From the NCBI GenBank assembly GCA_046540795.1, contig JBKHEN010000002.1, positions 1-41,789 on the forward strand: a stretch of DNA of 41,789 nt, written 5' to 3'. Position numbers and translations under genes: made by a program. This DNA is from Spirochaetaceae bacterium. Its GTDB lineage: Bacteria > Spirochaetota > Spirochaetia > DSM-27196 > PWMO01. The notes under the pieces are model-generated. The model did no database searches. It was not told the DNA's origin and worked only from the letters and a program-made list of their open reading frames with translations. Shown one piece after another: positions 19,070-28,724 of this stretch (position 1 is its first letter; every line of letters starts with the position of its first letter).

Positions 19070-19393
19070 ATGGCGATTCAACCCATCGACCTTCAAACGC
19101 TTATTCTCAGACTGGACAACGTGGGCAAGGAAGAGTCCGCCGCAAGGCAGGCTGCGGCGCAGAGTCAGTCCGTCGCCGGGAGTGAGATCGCCAGGCGTAG
19201 CGTAGAGCAACAGCGGGCGGTAAGTGAGACCAGAATCCTCGAAGACGGTGCCGAGCAAGTCCACGACGATGAGAGCGGTGAAGGCGCCGAAGGCGGACAC
19301 GAACAGGAGCGGCGCAAGGGGAAAACTCCGGGCGACGAAGACGGGGTTTTCCGGGATCCCGACCTTGGGCAGAACGTCGACATATCCGGATAA
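19070..19393 (+). CDS. Hypothetical small acidic protein (107 aa)
   Basis: The ATG abuts the DUF342 stop, with a GGAAGGA RBS. No recognisable motif. It lies on the same strand as a tightly packed operon. Confidence 0.45.
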   Translation: MAIQPIDLQTLILRLDNVGKEESAARQAAAQSQSVAGSEIARRSVEQQRAVSETRILEDGAEQVHDDESGEGAEGGHEQERRKGKTPGDEDGVFRDPDLGQNVDISG

Positions 19394-19399
19394 GGATGT

Positions 19400-19999
19400 A
19401 TGCATCCGATCGTTGTCGTGCTTCTGAACATCGGGCTCGCCGCCGTGGTATATATTCTCATTGTCCGTCGAGTAGACCGGCGTATGCGGCCGGAGCGGAT
19501 TGTCGGGGAGCTGCGTGGAGAGATCGAGAGCATCATCGTGGAGTTGAATCAGACGACCGACCGCAACATTGATCTGATAGAAGACCGGGTAAACCGCCTC
19601 AACGGCTTGCTTCAGCAAGCCGACAAACGCCTTGCGGTGTTGAAGCGGGAGTTCGAAACCCGGAGCACCGGAAGCGTCGGATATAACGACATCTTGCGCC
19701 GGAGTGCGCACGGTGTACAGAATGTGCAGGGTGTCGCCCCCTCGCGGGAACCGGCCCCTGAACAGTCGACGGAAGCCGGCGGAGGGCCCGACAACGCCTC
19801 ACAGCGGCAGGAAGGGGGTGCGGCCGGCGTCAGTACCGACGGCGAGAGCGCCGCCCCGGAGGGCGGTCGAGAAGCCAGACGGAAGAAGATCCTCGACCTC
19901 CACAGGAAAGGCATTGCGGCAAACATCATTGCCAATCGGACGGGTACGACGGTAGGGGAAGTCGAGCTCATCATTTCTCTTGCCGAGAGGAAGAAGTAG
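19400..19999 (+). CDS. Hypothetical membrane-anchored coiled-coil protein with C-terminal HTH-like segment
   Basis: N-terminal TM 'IVVVLLNIGLAAVVYILIV', coiled-coil 'RLNGLLQQADKRLAVLKREFE', a disordered linker and a C-terminal 'ILDLHRKGIAANIIANRTGTTVGEVELIISLAERK' that resembles a sigma region-4/LuxR-type HTH. This architecture is reminiscent of DUF2802-type flagellar-cluster proteins (from memory). Confidence 0.55.
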   Translation: MHPIVVVLLNIGLAAVVYILIVRRVDRRMRPERIVGELRGEIESIIVELNQTTDRNIDLIEDRVNRLNGLLQQADKRLAVLKREFETRSTGSVGYNDILRRSAHGVQNVQGVAPSREPAPEQSTEAGGGPDNASQRQEGGAAGVSTDGESAAPEGGREARRKKILDLHRKGIAANIIANRTGTTVGEVELIISLAERKK

Positions 20000-20000
20000 C

Positions 20001-21683
20001 ATGGGACGTGTCATCGGTATCGACCTTGGCACAACGAACTCGGTTGCCGCGTTCGTGGACGGGGGAGAGCCGCGGATTATCCCCAATGACCGCGGCGCAC
20101 ACCTGACCCCGTCGGTGTGCAGCTTCTGCGAAAACGGAGATATCCTCGTCGGCGAGTCCGCTCGCAACCAGGCGATCGTGGCCGCGGAACGCACCGTGAT
20201 ACACGTCAAACGGCGTATGGGGAAGACGGAGACCATCGACATAGGGGACGCCCGCTACAGCCCGCCGGAAATCGCCGCGTTCATTCTCGGGCACATCAAG
20301 TCGTACGCCGAGCAGTATCTGGGCGAGTCGGTGGACGGAGCCGTCATCACCGTGCCGGCGCGGTTTTCCGAGGCGGCGCGTCGGGCTACGCGGCAGGCGG
20401 GTGAACGAGCCGGCCTGTCGGTGCATCGGATTCTCAACGAGCCCACCGCCGCGGCTCTGGCATATGCACGGCGAGACGCCGTGACTCGACGGATACTCGT
20501 ATATGACTTCGGCGGAGGGACCTTCGACGTTACCTGTCTACTCCAGGAGGGAACTGAGTTTACCGTGCAATCGACCCGAGGCAACGAGTACCTCGGCGGG
20601 CTCGATTTCGACCTCCGACTCGAACGTATCGTCGCCAAGAGCTTCGAACGGGACTACGGTCTTTCGGTGACCACGGACCCGGGGCTCCTTCAGCAGATTC
20701 GAGAGCTCGCGGAGCGGGCAAAGATAGAACTTTCCTCCCGCGAGACGGCGATGGTGGCGCTGCCGTTCATCGCCGGCGGCGGAAAGCCGATGCACCTCCG
20801 TCGCAGTGTAACCCGGGCGGAGCTCAACGAGCTGATCGGGGAACAGGTAGAGCAGAGCATTTCCCTTACCAAGGAGGCGCTTACGGACGCGGGCTTCGAG
20901 GTTTCGACCCTGGACAATCTGGTTCTCGCCGGGGGCTCGACACGGATTCCGCTGGTGCGGGCCCGCTTGGCCGAAGAACTGGGACTCGAGGCAACCTCAC
21001 TCGTGAATCCCGACGAAATTGTCGCTCTCGGTGCGGCCGTGCAGGCACATATGGTCGAGACGAAGAAGCCGGTTTTCCGCCTCACCGACGTCAATTCGCA
21101 GCCCCTCGGGGTGGAGATCGACGAAGATCGTTATGTGACGCTCTTGGAACGCAATACACGACTCCCGGCCGAGGTGAAGCGCGTGTTCACTACGGTGAGC
21201 GACAATCAACGCTCGGTGGAGATCAACGTTCTCCAGGGGGATGCCGAACGTGCGTCGAAGAACCGCTCCCTCGGAAAGTTCATGCTCAGCGGCATCCGAA
21301 CGGGGCGTCGCGGAGAGCCGAAGATCGAGGTGGGGTTTGAAATGGACGCGGACGGGATCGTACACGTCTCCGCCCGAGACGTGGATACCGGGGCGGTGCA
21401 GCGCATAACGGTCACCGCCTCCCCGGGAGACGAGAATCTCGACGATCCACGGCTCACGGAGCAGCGTGTTCGGGAGCTGACCGAGCATATCGCCGAGCTC
21501 ACGGGGCGGGAGAACCTCTACATTGACGAGGAGTTTCGAGGGGAAGTGAAAGAGCTGCTCGATCACGTGCGCCGAAACCGGAATCCGGCAAAGCTCCGGG
21601 AGTATCGGGTTGCCCTGGAGGCCGTGCTCGTCGAGTTGGGCACCATCTTTGAGGACATGGAGGTGAGCAACGAAGGTGCGTGA
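20001..21683 (+). CDS. Atypical Hsp70-family chaperone (HscC-like paralogue of DnaK), 560 aa
   Basis: Nucleotide-binding-domain motifs '[10 protein letters not shown]', 'ITVPARFS', 'ILNEPTAAALAY', 'DFGGGTFDVT' and 'LAGGSTRIP' are present, and the beta-sandwich SBD looks intact. The interdomain linker is 'FRLTDV' rather than DnaK's 'VLLLDV', and the helical lid is short and divergent. ATG 20001 (RBS GAGAGGAAGAAG) is preferred over the listed 19980 start. Confidence 0.9.
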   Translation: MGRVIGIDLGTTNSVAAFVDGGEPRIIPNDRGAHLTPSVCSFCENGDILVGESARNQAIVAAERTVIHVKRRMGKTETIDIGDARYSPPEIAAFILGHIKSYAEQYLGESVDGAVITVPARFSEAARRATRQAGERAGLSVHRILNEPTAAALAYARRDAVTRRILVYDFGGGTFDVTCLLQEGTEFTVQSTRGNEYLGGLDFDLRLERIVAKSFERDYGLSVTTDPGLLQQIRELAERAKIELSSRETAMVALPFIAGGGKPMHLRRSVTRAELNELIGEQVEQSISLTKEALTDAGFEVSTLDNLVLAGGSTRIPLVRARLAEELGLEATSLVNPDEIVALGAAVQAHMVETKKPVFRLTDVNSQPLGVEIDEDRYVTLLERNTRLPAEVKRVFTTVSDNQRSVEINVLQGDAERASKNRSLGKFMLSGIRTGRRGEPKIEVGFEMDADGIVHVSARDVDTGAVQRITVTASPGDENLDDPRLTEQRVRELTEHIAELTGRENLYIDEEFRGEVKELLDHVRRNRNPAKLREYRVALEAVLVELGTIFEDMEVSNEGA

Positions 21684-22272
21684 GCTATATCGCGTACTCG
21701 AAGTGGAGCCGGGGGCGGACTTCGAGACCGTTCGAGCGTCCTATCGGCGGCTTCTCAAACGGTATCATCCGGATTCCGGGGGCGCAACGGCGGACCCGGG
21801 GCGTCTCGATTCGGTGCTCGAGGCTTTTCGTCGCCTCTCCCGGTCTTATGACGTCTCTTTTGGACCGCGACGACATTCCTCCGGTGAGCAGCCGCAGAGC
21901 GTGTTCGATCTCGGACAGACCCTGGCGTCGGCGGAGAGCGTGACGACCCGAACCTTTGCCGCACGAAGCCTCGGTAATCTCGGAAAACGCAGCGCATATC
22001 CGTATCTCAGGACCGGGCTCGAAGATCCGGATCAACGGGTCGTGATCGCTTCGTTGCGAGCAATCGGGCGCCTACGGGTAACGCATGCGGTGGGCGATCT
22101 GTCGGCCCTCTTCCATGGTGCGGAGGCGGAAGTGCGACGGGTTGTCATGGAAACGGTCGGGGAAATCGGACGGCTGTCGGTGTTTCGGAACCTGCTGCTG
22201 GCGGGGCTGGAAGATGCCGACCCGGCGGTCCGGCGGCGGGCGTTGCGATTGTACGTGCGCCTCGAACGATAA
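21676..22272 (+). CDS. J-domain protein fused to HEAT (PBS-lyase-type) repeats
   Basis: J-domain 'LYRVLEVEPGADFETVRASYRRLLKRYHPDSG' with an intact HPD (21766-21774). The C-terminal 'ARSLGNLGKRSAYPYLRTGLEDPDQRVVIASLRAIGRL...LLAGLEDADPAVRRRAL' forms HEAT-like repeats. The GTG start overlaps the Hsp70 stop by 8 nt. Confidence 0.8.
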   Translation: MRELYRVLEVEPGADFETVRASYRRLLKRYHPDSGGATADPGRLDSVLEAFRRLSRSYDVSFGPRRHSSGEQPQSVFDLGQTLASAESVTTRTFAARSLGNLGKRSAYPYLRTGLEDPDQRVVIASLRAIGRLRVTHAVGDLSALFHGAEAEVRRVVMETVGEIGRLSVFRNLLLAGLEDADPAVRRRALRLYVRLER

Positions 22273-22303
22273 AGACGCGGAACGGGAAGAGGTTGTTGAG
22301 AAC

Positions 22304-24139
22304 GTGAGTAGCAAGCAGGCTGATCCGGAAATCTTTCACCTCTTCAGACAGGACGGGCGTCGGTATCTGGCGCTCCTGCGCCGGACGCTCCAAGAGGCCG
22401 GTGGACGGCATCTCGGCCCCGAAGAGCGACGGAAGGCGTTACGATACGCACATTCGGTGAAGTCCGAGGCGGCGTTTCTGGGCTACGACGCCGTCGCCGG
22501 GACGGCTCACCGGATCGAGGACCAACTCTCGGGGAGTTCGAGGGTCGATACTTCCTCCCTTCTCGTTGTTCTCGGGGAGCTGGAAGCCGCCTTCGACGAA
22601 GCCCTCGAGCGGGTGCAGGAAGGGGCACCCGATCTCGCCCGGGAGTCCGAGGAAGAGGAGCCGGCGGAGGAGTTGCTGGTGCGGCAGATGGGCCCCCGGG
22701 AACGTGATCGTCTCGTGGAGGCCCGCAAGCGGGGAGAGCGGCTGTTCGTTTTGGAGTGCACGCTTACCGAGCACACGCAGATGTTGGCTCCCCGGCGCTT
22801 CCTGCTGGTCAGTAATCTCGAGCAGGCCGTCAACCTGGTGGTCGGCTTTCCGGAGGTGCAGGCGGAGCGTCCGATCCGGCGCTTTGTTGCGTTACTGACC
22901 ACCGACGGAGACCGGTCGGAAATCGAGGCGGCGGTCGACGTCGACCTGGTACGGTTGCTTCGACTCGAGGAAATCGACTACGACGGGTTGCTCAGACGCA
23001 AGGACGAGACCGTGGTCTCGGGGATGATTGCCGGATCGCGGGAAGTCCAGGTGACCATGTCCGTTCGTTCCTACGAGGAGCTGTGTCTCTACGCCGGCGA
23101 GCTGCATCGGCAGCTTGAGCAGCTACGCGGTCTCCTCGGGCCGGAGGAGACGGATGCGCAGACGCAGGCAATGTTGCACACCGCCGGGCGACTTGCGGAA
23201 GCCGTAGACGATACGGTAGCGCGAACATCGATGGTTACCTTGGCTCACGTATTCTCCGCGATAGAGTCTCACGCTCGCAACCTGGCGGAATTCTTGGACA
23301 AATCGGTGCGAGTCATCACCTCCGGCGCCGAGCACGAGGTATTCCTGCCGGTTGCCGAGGTGTTGAGGAACGCGTTGCTACACCTCGTGCGCAATGCCAT
23401 GGACCACGGCGTGGAGCCGCCGGACGAACGGAAGGCGGCGGGAAAAGATCCGACGGCGACCGTGCGTGTTTCGGCCGGGGTGCGTGGGGATAGCCTGGTC
23501 ATTCGGGTGTCGGACGACGGTCGCGGTATACCCGAGGAGTTTTACGGCATCGGAAACGGCGGGCACGGAGAGGACCGGGGAGGCGATGCAGGCCTGTGGG
23601 AAGCCGTCTCTCGCTCGGGGGTGAGTACCCGGCGGCAGGCGGATCAACTCTCCGGTCGGGGCGTGGGGCTCGACGTAGTGCGCACGCAGGTGGAACGGTA
23701 CATCGGTGGTGCAGTTGCTCTGGACTCCGGGAGGGGCACCGGGACGACGGTGGAGATTCATCTGCCCCGGGCCGGGCGGCTACTGAGCATTCTGGTGGCC
23801 CGGCACGGCCGCATGGAGTTCGCGCTTCCGTCCGCCCATGTGTACGCCGTATTCGACCTCGAGGGCCGTTATGCATCGCGTGACCACTCGGGGAACCTGT
23901 TCTATCGCTATCATGGAGAGGCAATACGGCTCTATGCGGTGGAGCTCTCCGCGGTACCGACCAGCGTAGACGGGCTACGGGGGATCCTCCTGCGGATCGG
24001 GCGCCGGCGCGCCGTCGTACTTGCCGAGGAGATCGTTTCGCAGGAAACCGTGATACGGAGCAAGGATCATCCCGAGCGCGTGTTCTCCCAGGTTTTGAAC
24101 CGGAATGTGGGGCTGGTCTTTCCGGTGCAGTTTCTCTGA
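22304..24139 (+). CDS. CheA-like histidine kinase (HPt - atypical linker - dimerisation - HATPase_c - CheW-like)
   Basis: HPt 'ALRYAH(50)SVKSEAAFLGYDAVAGTAHRIEDQL'; N-box 'LLHLVRNAMDHGVE'; G1 'DDGRGIP'; G2 'SGRGVGLDVV'; C-terminal CheW-like 'LLSILVARHGRMEFALPSAHVYAVFD...'. GTG 22304 (RBS GGGAAGAGG) is preferred. The listed 22085 start would overlap the J-protein gene by 188 nt. Confidence 0.85.
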   Translation: MSSKQADPEIFHLFRQDGRRYLALLRRTLQEAGGRHLGPEERRKALRYAHSVKSEAAFLGYDAVAGTAHRIEDQLSGSSRVDTSSLLVVLGELEAAFDEALERVQEGAPDLARESEEEEPAEELLVRQMGPRERDRLVEARKRGERLFVLECTLTEHTQMLAPRRFLLVSNLEQAVNLVVGFPEVQAERPIRRFVALLTTDGDRSEIEAAVDVDLVRLLRLEEIDYDGLLRRKDETVVSGMIAGSREVQVTMSVRSYEELCLYAGELHRQLEQLRGLLGPEETDAQTQAMLHTAGRLAEAVDDTVARTSMVTLAHVFSAIESHARNLAEFLDKSVRVITSGAEHEVFLPVAEVLRNALLHLVRNAMDHGVEPPDERKAAGKDPTATVRVSAGVRGDSLVIRVSDDGRGIPEEFYGIGNGGHGEDRGGDAGLWEAVSRSGVSTRRQADQLSGRGVGLDVVRTQVERYIGGAVALDSGRGTGTTVEIHLPRAGRLLSILVARHGRMEFALPSAHVYAVFDLEGRYASRDHSGNLFYRYHGEAIRLYAVELSAVPTSVDGLRGILLRIGRRRAVVLAEEIVSQETVIRSKDHPERVFSQVLNRNVGLVFPVQFL

Positions 24140-24156
24140 ACCGGTTCCAGCCGAGC

Positions 24157-24185
24157 TTGACTACGCACAGAGCGCTGATTACTTT
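24157..24185 (+). promoter_or_regulatory. Possible sigma-70-type promoter of grpE-dnaK-dnaJ
   Basis: TTGACT (24157-24162), 17-nt spacer, TACTTT (24180-24185), about 30 nt upstream of the grpE ATG. I see no CIRCE inverted repeat in this gap. Confidence 0.3.
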
Positions 24186-24215
24186 TCCAGCAAAGCCACA
24201 AAGCACGAGGTAAGT

Positions 24216-24989
24216 ATGTCCGGCGAAGAACGCAGATTCGACGATAGAGCTACAGACAAGGAACGCACGCAAGCCGATCAGGCAGCGGAACAATACGCAG
24301 CGGAGCAATACGCGCAGAACGCCGGCGGGGACGGTGCCCCGGAAGACACGGGTAACCGTTCCTCGGAATCAGCGGTTCCCGGCAATGCAGGGGGTGATGC
24401 CCCGGCCGCTGAGGAGGGGGCTTCGGCGCAAGCGGCGGAGGATGCTCAGGACGAGGTTGGTCGCCTTCTTGCCCGGGTCCAGGAGCTCGAACAGGAGAAC
24501 AGCGACCTGAAAGACCAGTACCTACGCAAGCAGGCCGATTTCGAGAACTTTCGCAAACGCATGGCTCGCGAGAAGGCGGACGCCATCGCATATGCCAACA
24601 AGCAGTTGCTCCTCGATTTGGTAACGATCATCGACGATTTCGAGCGGGCTATCAAGTCGGCAGAGGAGTCGCGGGATTTCGATTCCTTCCATGAAGGCGT
24701 GGCGCTGATCGAAAAGCAATTCACCAATATGCTCGAGAGCAAATGGGGTCTGAAACGCTTCGATTCCGAAGGACAGGAGTTCGACCCGCAGAAGCACGAA
24801 GCGCTCATGAGTGAGGAAGCGTCGGATGTTGATCACCCTGTGGTCGTGGAGGATTTTCAGAAAGGCTACTTTCTGAACGACAAGGTGCTTCGGTCGGCAA
24901 AGGTCAAGGTGGCCGTGCCGGCGGAGAGCAACGAGGGTGCCGGGACGGAGGAGAACGTCGGCGGCGGCGGCGACGGTGCGGAATCCTAG
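24216..24989 (+). CDS. grpE: Nucleotide exchange factor GrpE
   Basis: 'LKDQYLRKQADFENFRKRMAREK' and the C-terminal beta-domain 'FDPQKHEALM...GYFLNDKVLRSAKVKV' are present. ATG 24216 with a GAGG RBS. The N-terminal ~80 aa is low complexity. Confidence 0.93.
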   Translation: MSGEERRFDDRATDKERTQADQAAEQYAAEQYAQNAGGDGAPEDTGNRSSESAVPGNAGGDAPAAEEGASAQAAEDAQDEVGRLLARVQELEQENSDLKDQYLRKQADFENFRKRMAREKADAIAYANKQLLLDLVTIIDDFERAIKSAEESRDFDSFHEGVALIEKQFTNMLESKWGLKRFDSEGQEFDPQKHEALMSEEASDVDHPVVVEDFQKGYFLNDKVLRSAKVKVAVPAESNEGAGTEENVGGGGDGAES

Positions 24990-25070
24990 GAGCCGGGCCC
25001 AAAGTAGTGGACGCCACAGATCGAACTTCGTATGTTAGGCGGGCAGTGCCGCCATGAGAGGAGCAATTGA

Positions 25071-27002
<1,932 letters not shown>

Positions 27003-27036
27003 CGGCAAACACTCAAGCGAGATCGGATACGAGGCT

Positions 27037-28173
27037 TTGGCTAAAAGAGATTACTACGAAGTGCTCGGGCTCCAGCGGGGAGCTTCAAAAGAAGACATCA
27101 AAAAGGCGTACCGCAAGGTTGCCGTTGCGAATCACCCCGACAGGAATCCGGGGGACAAGCAGGCGGAAGAGCGGTTCAAGGAGGCCACCGAAGCGTACGA
27201 AGTCCTTGCGGATGATCAGAAGCGCCAGGCGTATGACCAGTTCGGCTTTGCCGGCGTGGAAGGAATGGGCGCTCAGGGCGGCTATTCCCACGCGTTCCAC
27301 GACTTCGAGGACATCTTCGGCGGGTTCTCCGACATCTTCGAGAGCATCTTCGGCGGAGGTTTCGGCGCGGGCTTCGGGGGTACCCGCGGTAGGCGCGGCA
27401 GCAGGGTTCGGGCCGGTGCCGACCTCCGCTATGACATGGAGATCAGCTTCGAAGAGGCCGTCTTCGGTGCAAAGAAGGAGGTCACGTACAAGCGCCATGT
27501 CCACTGCGATCGGTGTAACGGCACCGGCGCGGAAGGCGGCGGTGGCAGAAAAACCTGTCCCACCTGTGGTGGCGTCGGTCAGGTGCGGCGCAGCCAGGGG
27601 TTCTTTTCCATCGCAAGTACGTGTCCGACCTGTGGCGGAGAAGGTCAGGTCATAGAGAACCCCTGCAGCAAATGCGACGGTACGGGGCTTCTCAAGAAAG
27701 AGCGGACCGTAAAGGTCACCATCCCCCCGGGTATCGATAGCGGTAAACGGATCAGCTTGCGGGGCGAAGGAGACGCCGGGCCGAACGGCGGACCCGCCGG
27801 GGACCTCTATGTAGTCGTGCGTGTACGTCCGCACGAGTATTTCGAGCGGCAGGGACATGATCTCTACTGCATGATTCCCATCTCCCTTACCCAGGCCGCC
27901 TTGGGCGCGGAAGTCCAGGTGCCGACCCTGGACGGCAAGCGGGTGAAGCTGGGCATACCTGCAGGCACCCAGAACGAGAAACTTTTTCGGCTGAAGAATC
28001 TGGGCGTCCCGCACCTCAGAGATTCCTCCAAGCGCGGAGATCTCTACGTCAAGATCCACATCGAAGTGCCCCGCAAACTCTCCGGGAAGGCGAAAAAGCT
28101 TCTACGGGAGCTCTCGGAGGCCCAGGGGGAAAACGACACCCCGGATCCCGTTCCCCTCTCTCGGCTGAAGTAA
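27037..28173 (+). CDS. dnaJ: Co-chaperone DnaJ (type I)
   Basis: J-domain with HPD, a Gly/Phe-rich region and four CxxCxGxG zinc-finger motifs (CDRCNGTG, CPTCGGVG, CPTCGGEG, CSKCDGTG). TTG start. Confidence 0.97.
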   Translation: MAKRDYYEVLGLQRGASKEDIKKAYRKVAVANHPDRNPGDKQAEERFKEATEAYEVLADDQKRQAYDQFGFAGVEGMGAQGGYSHAFHDFEDIFGGFSDIFESIFGGGFGAGFGGTRGRRGSRVRAGADLRYDMEISFEEAVFGAKKEVTYKRHVHCDRCNGTGAEGGGGRKTCPTCGGVGQVRRSQGFFSIASTCPTCGGEGQVIENPCSKCDGTGLLKKERTVKVTIPPGIDSGKRISLRGEGDAGPNGGPAGDLYVVVRVRPHEYFERQGHDLYCMIPISLTQAALGAEVQVPTLDGKRVKLGIPAGTQNEKLFRLKNLGVPHLRDSSKRGDLYVKIHIEVPRKLSGKAKKLLRELSEAQGENDTPDPVPLSRLK

Positions 28174-28277
28174 CCCGCCTCAACTGCACCTCGGTGCCGG
28201 TCCGATAATGTAGAATGTAGAGGTGACACGTTGGGGTGACGGGTCGAAGAGGACCTCGGCGTGACCGGGAGTATGCT

Positions 28278-28724
28278 ATGACGAAGATGTCGGGGTGCCT
28301 GGCGGGCTTGTTTCTCATTGCCGCTTTTCCGGCGGGTCCGAGTATGGCCGTGGTGGGGGCGGATTCCTCCGAAGAGCTCCCCCGAGAGCCGGCGGAGGAT
28401 CAGTATTTCGACGTTGAGAGATACGACGAAGACGAATGGATGACCGACGACCGCAACGACGACGGCAACACCGATTATGCCGTGCGGGTCAATGACGATC
28501 TCGAGAAAGAGCGCGAGGCCGTGGATTACAACCACGACGGCCTGATGGACGATTTCTATTTCTACGAGAATGAGGTTCTCGTGCGCCAGGAGATCGACAG
28601 CGATCATTCCGGTGCAATCGACCTGTGGATATTCGTGCGGGACGGCGCGTACATCGAGCGCTACGAGCAGGATACGACGGGTGACGGATACCCGGACGTG
28701 ATCGAAGACTATGGCAGAGAGTGA
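28278..28724 (+). CDS. Hypothetical secreted acidic protein with four DxDxDG-like (EF-hand-loop-like) repeats
   Basis: Signal-peptide-like 'MTKMSGCLAGLFLIAAFPAGPSMA'. Repeats are 'DDRNDDGNTDYAV', 'DYNHDGLMDDFYF', 'DSDHSGAIDLWIF' and 'DTTGDGYPDVIED'. GGGAG RBS 6 nt before ATG 28278. Confidence 0.5.
   Translation: MTKMSGCLAGLFLIAAFPAGPSMAVVGADSSEELPREPAEDQYFDVERYDEDEWMTDDRNDDGNTDYAVRVNDDLEKEREAVDYNHDGLMDDFYFYENEVLVRQEIDSDHSGAIDLWIFVRDGAYIERYEQDTTGDGYPDVIEDYGRE

Noticed and set aside
22085-22303. N-terminal 73-codon extension of the CheA-like ORF as listed in the track.
   Set aside because: It would overlap the J-domain/HEAT gene by 188 nt, and its translation (Cys/Arg/Trp-rich) looks non-coding. 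GTG 22304 has an RBS and lies just before the HPt domain.
28182-28208. TCCGATAA (28201-28208), resembling the sigma-28 -10 element GCCGATAA, upstream of the secreted repeat protein.
   Set aside because: The sequence at the expected -35 position (AACT at 28182-28185) does not match TAAA. One half-site alone is not convincing.
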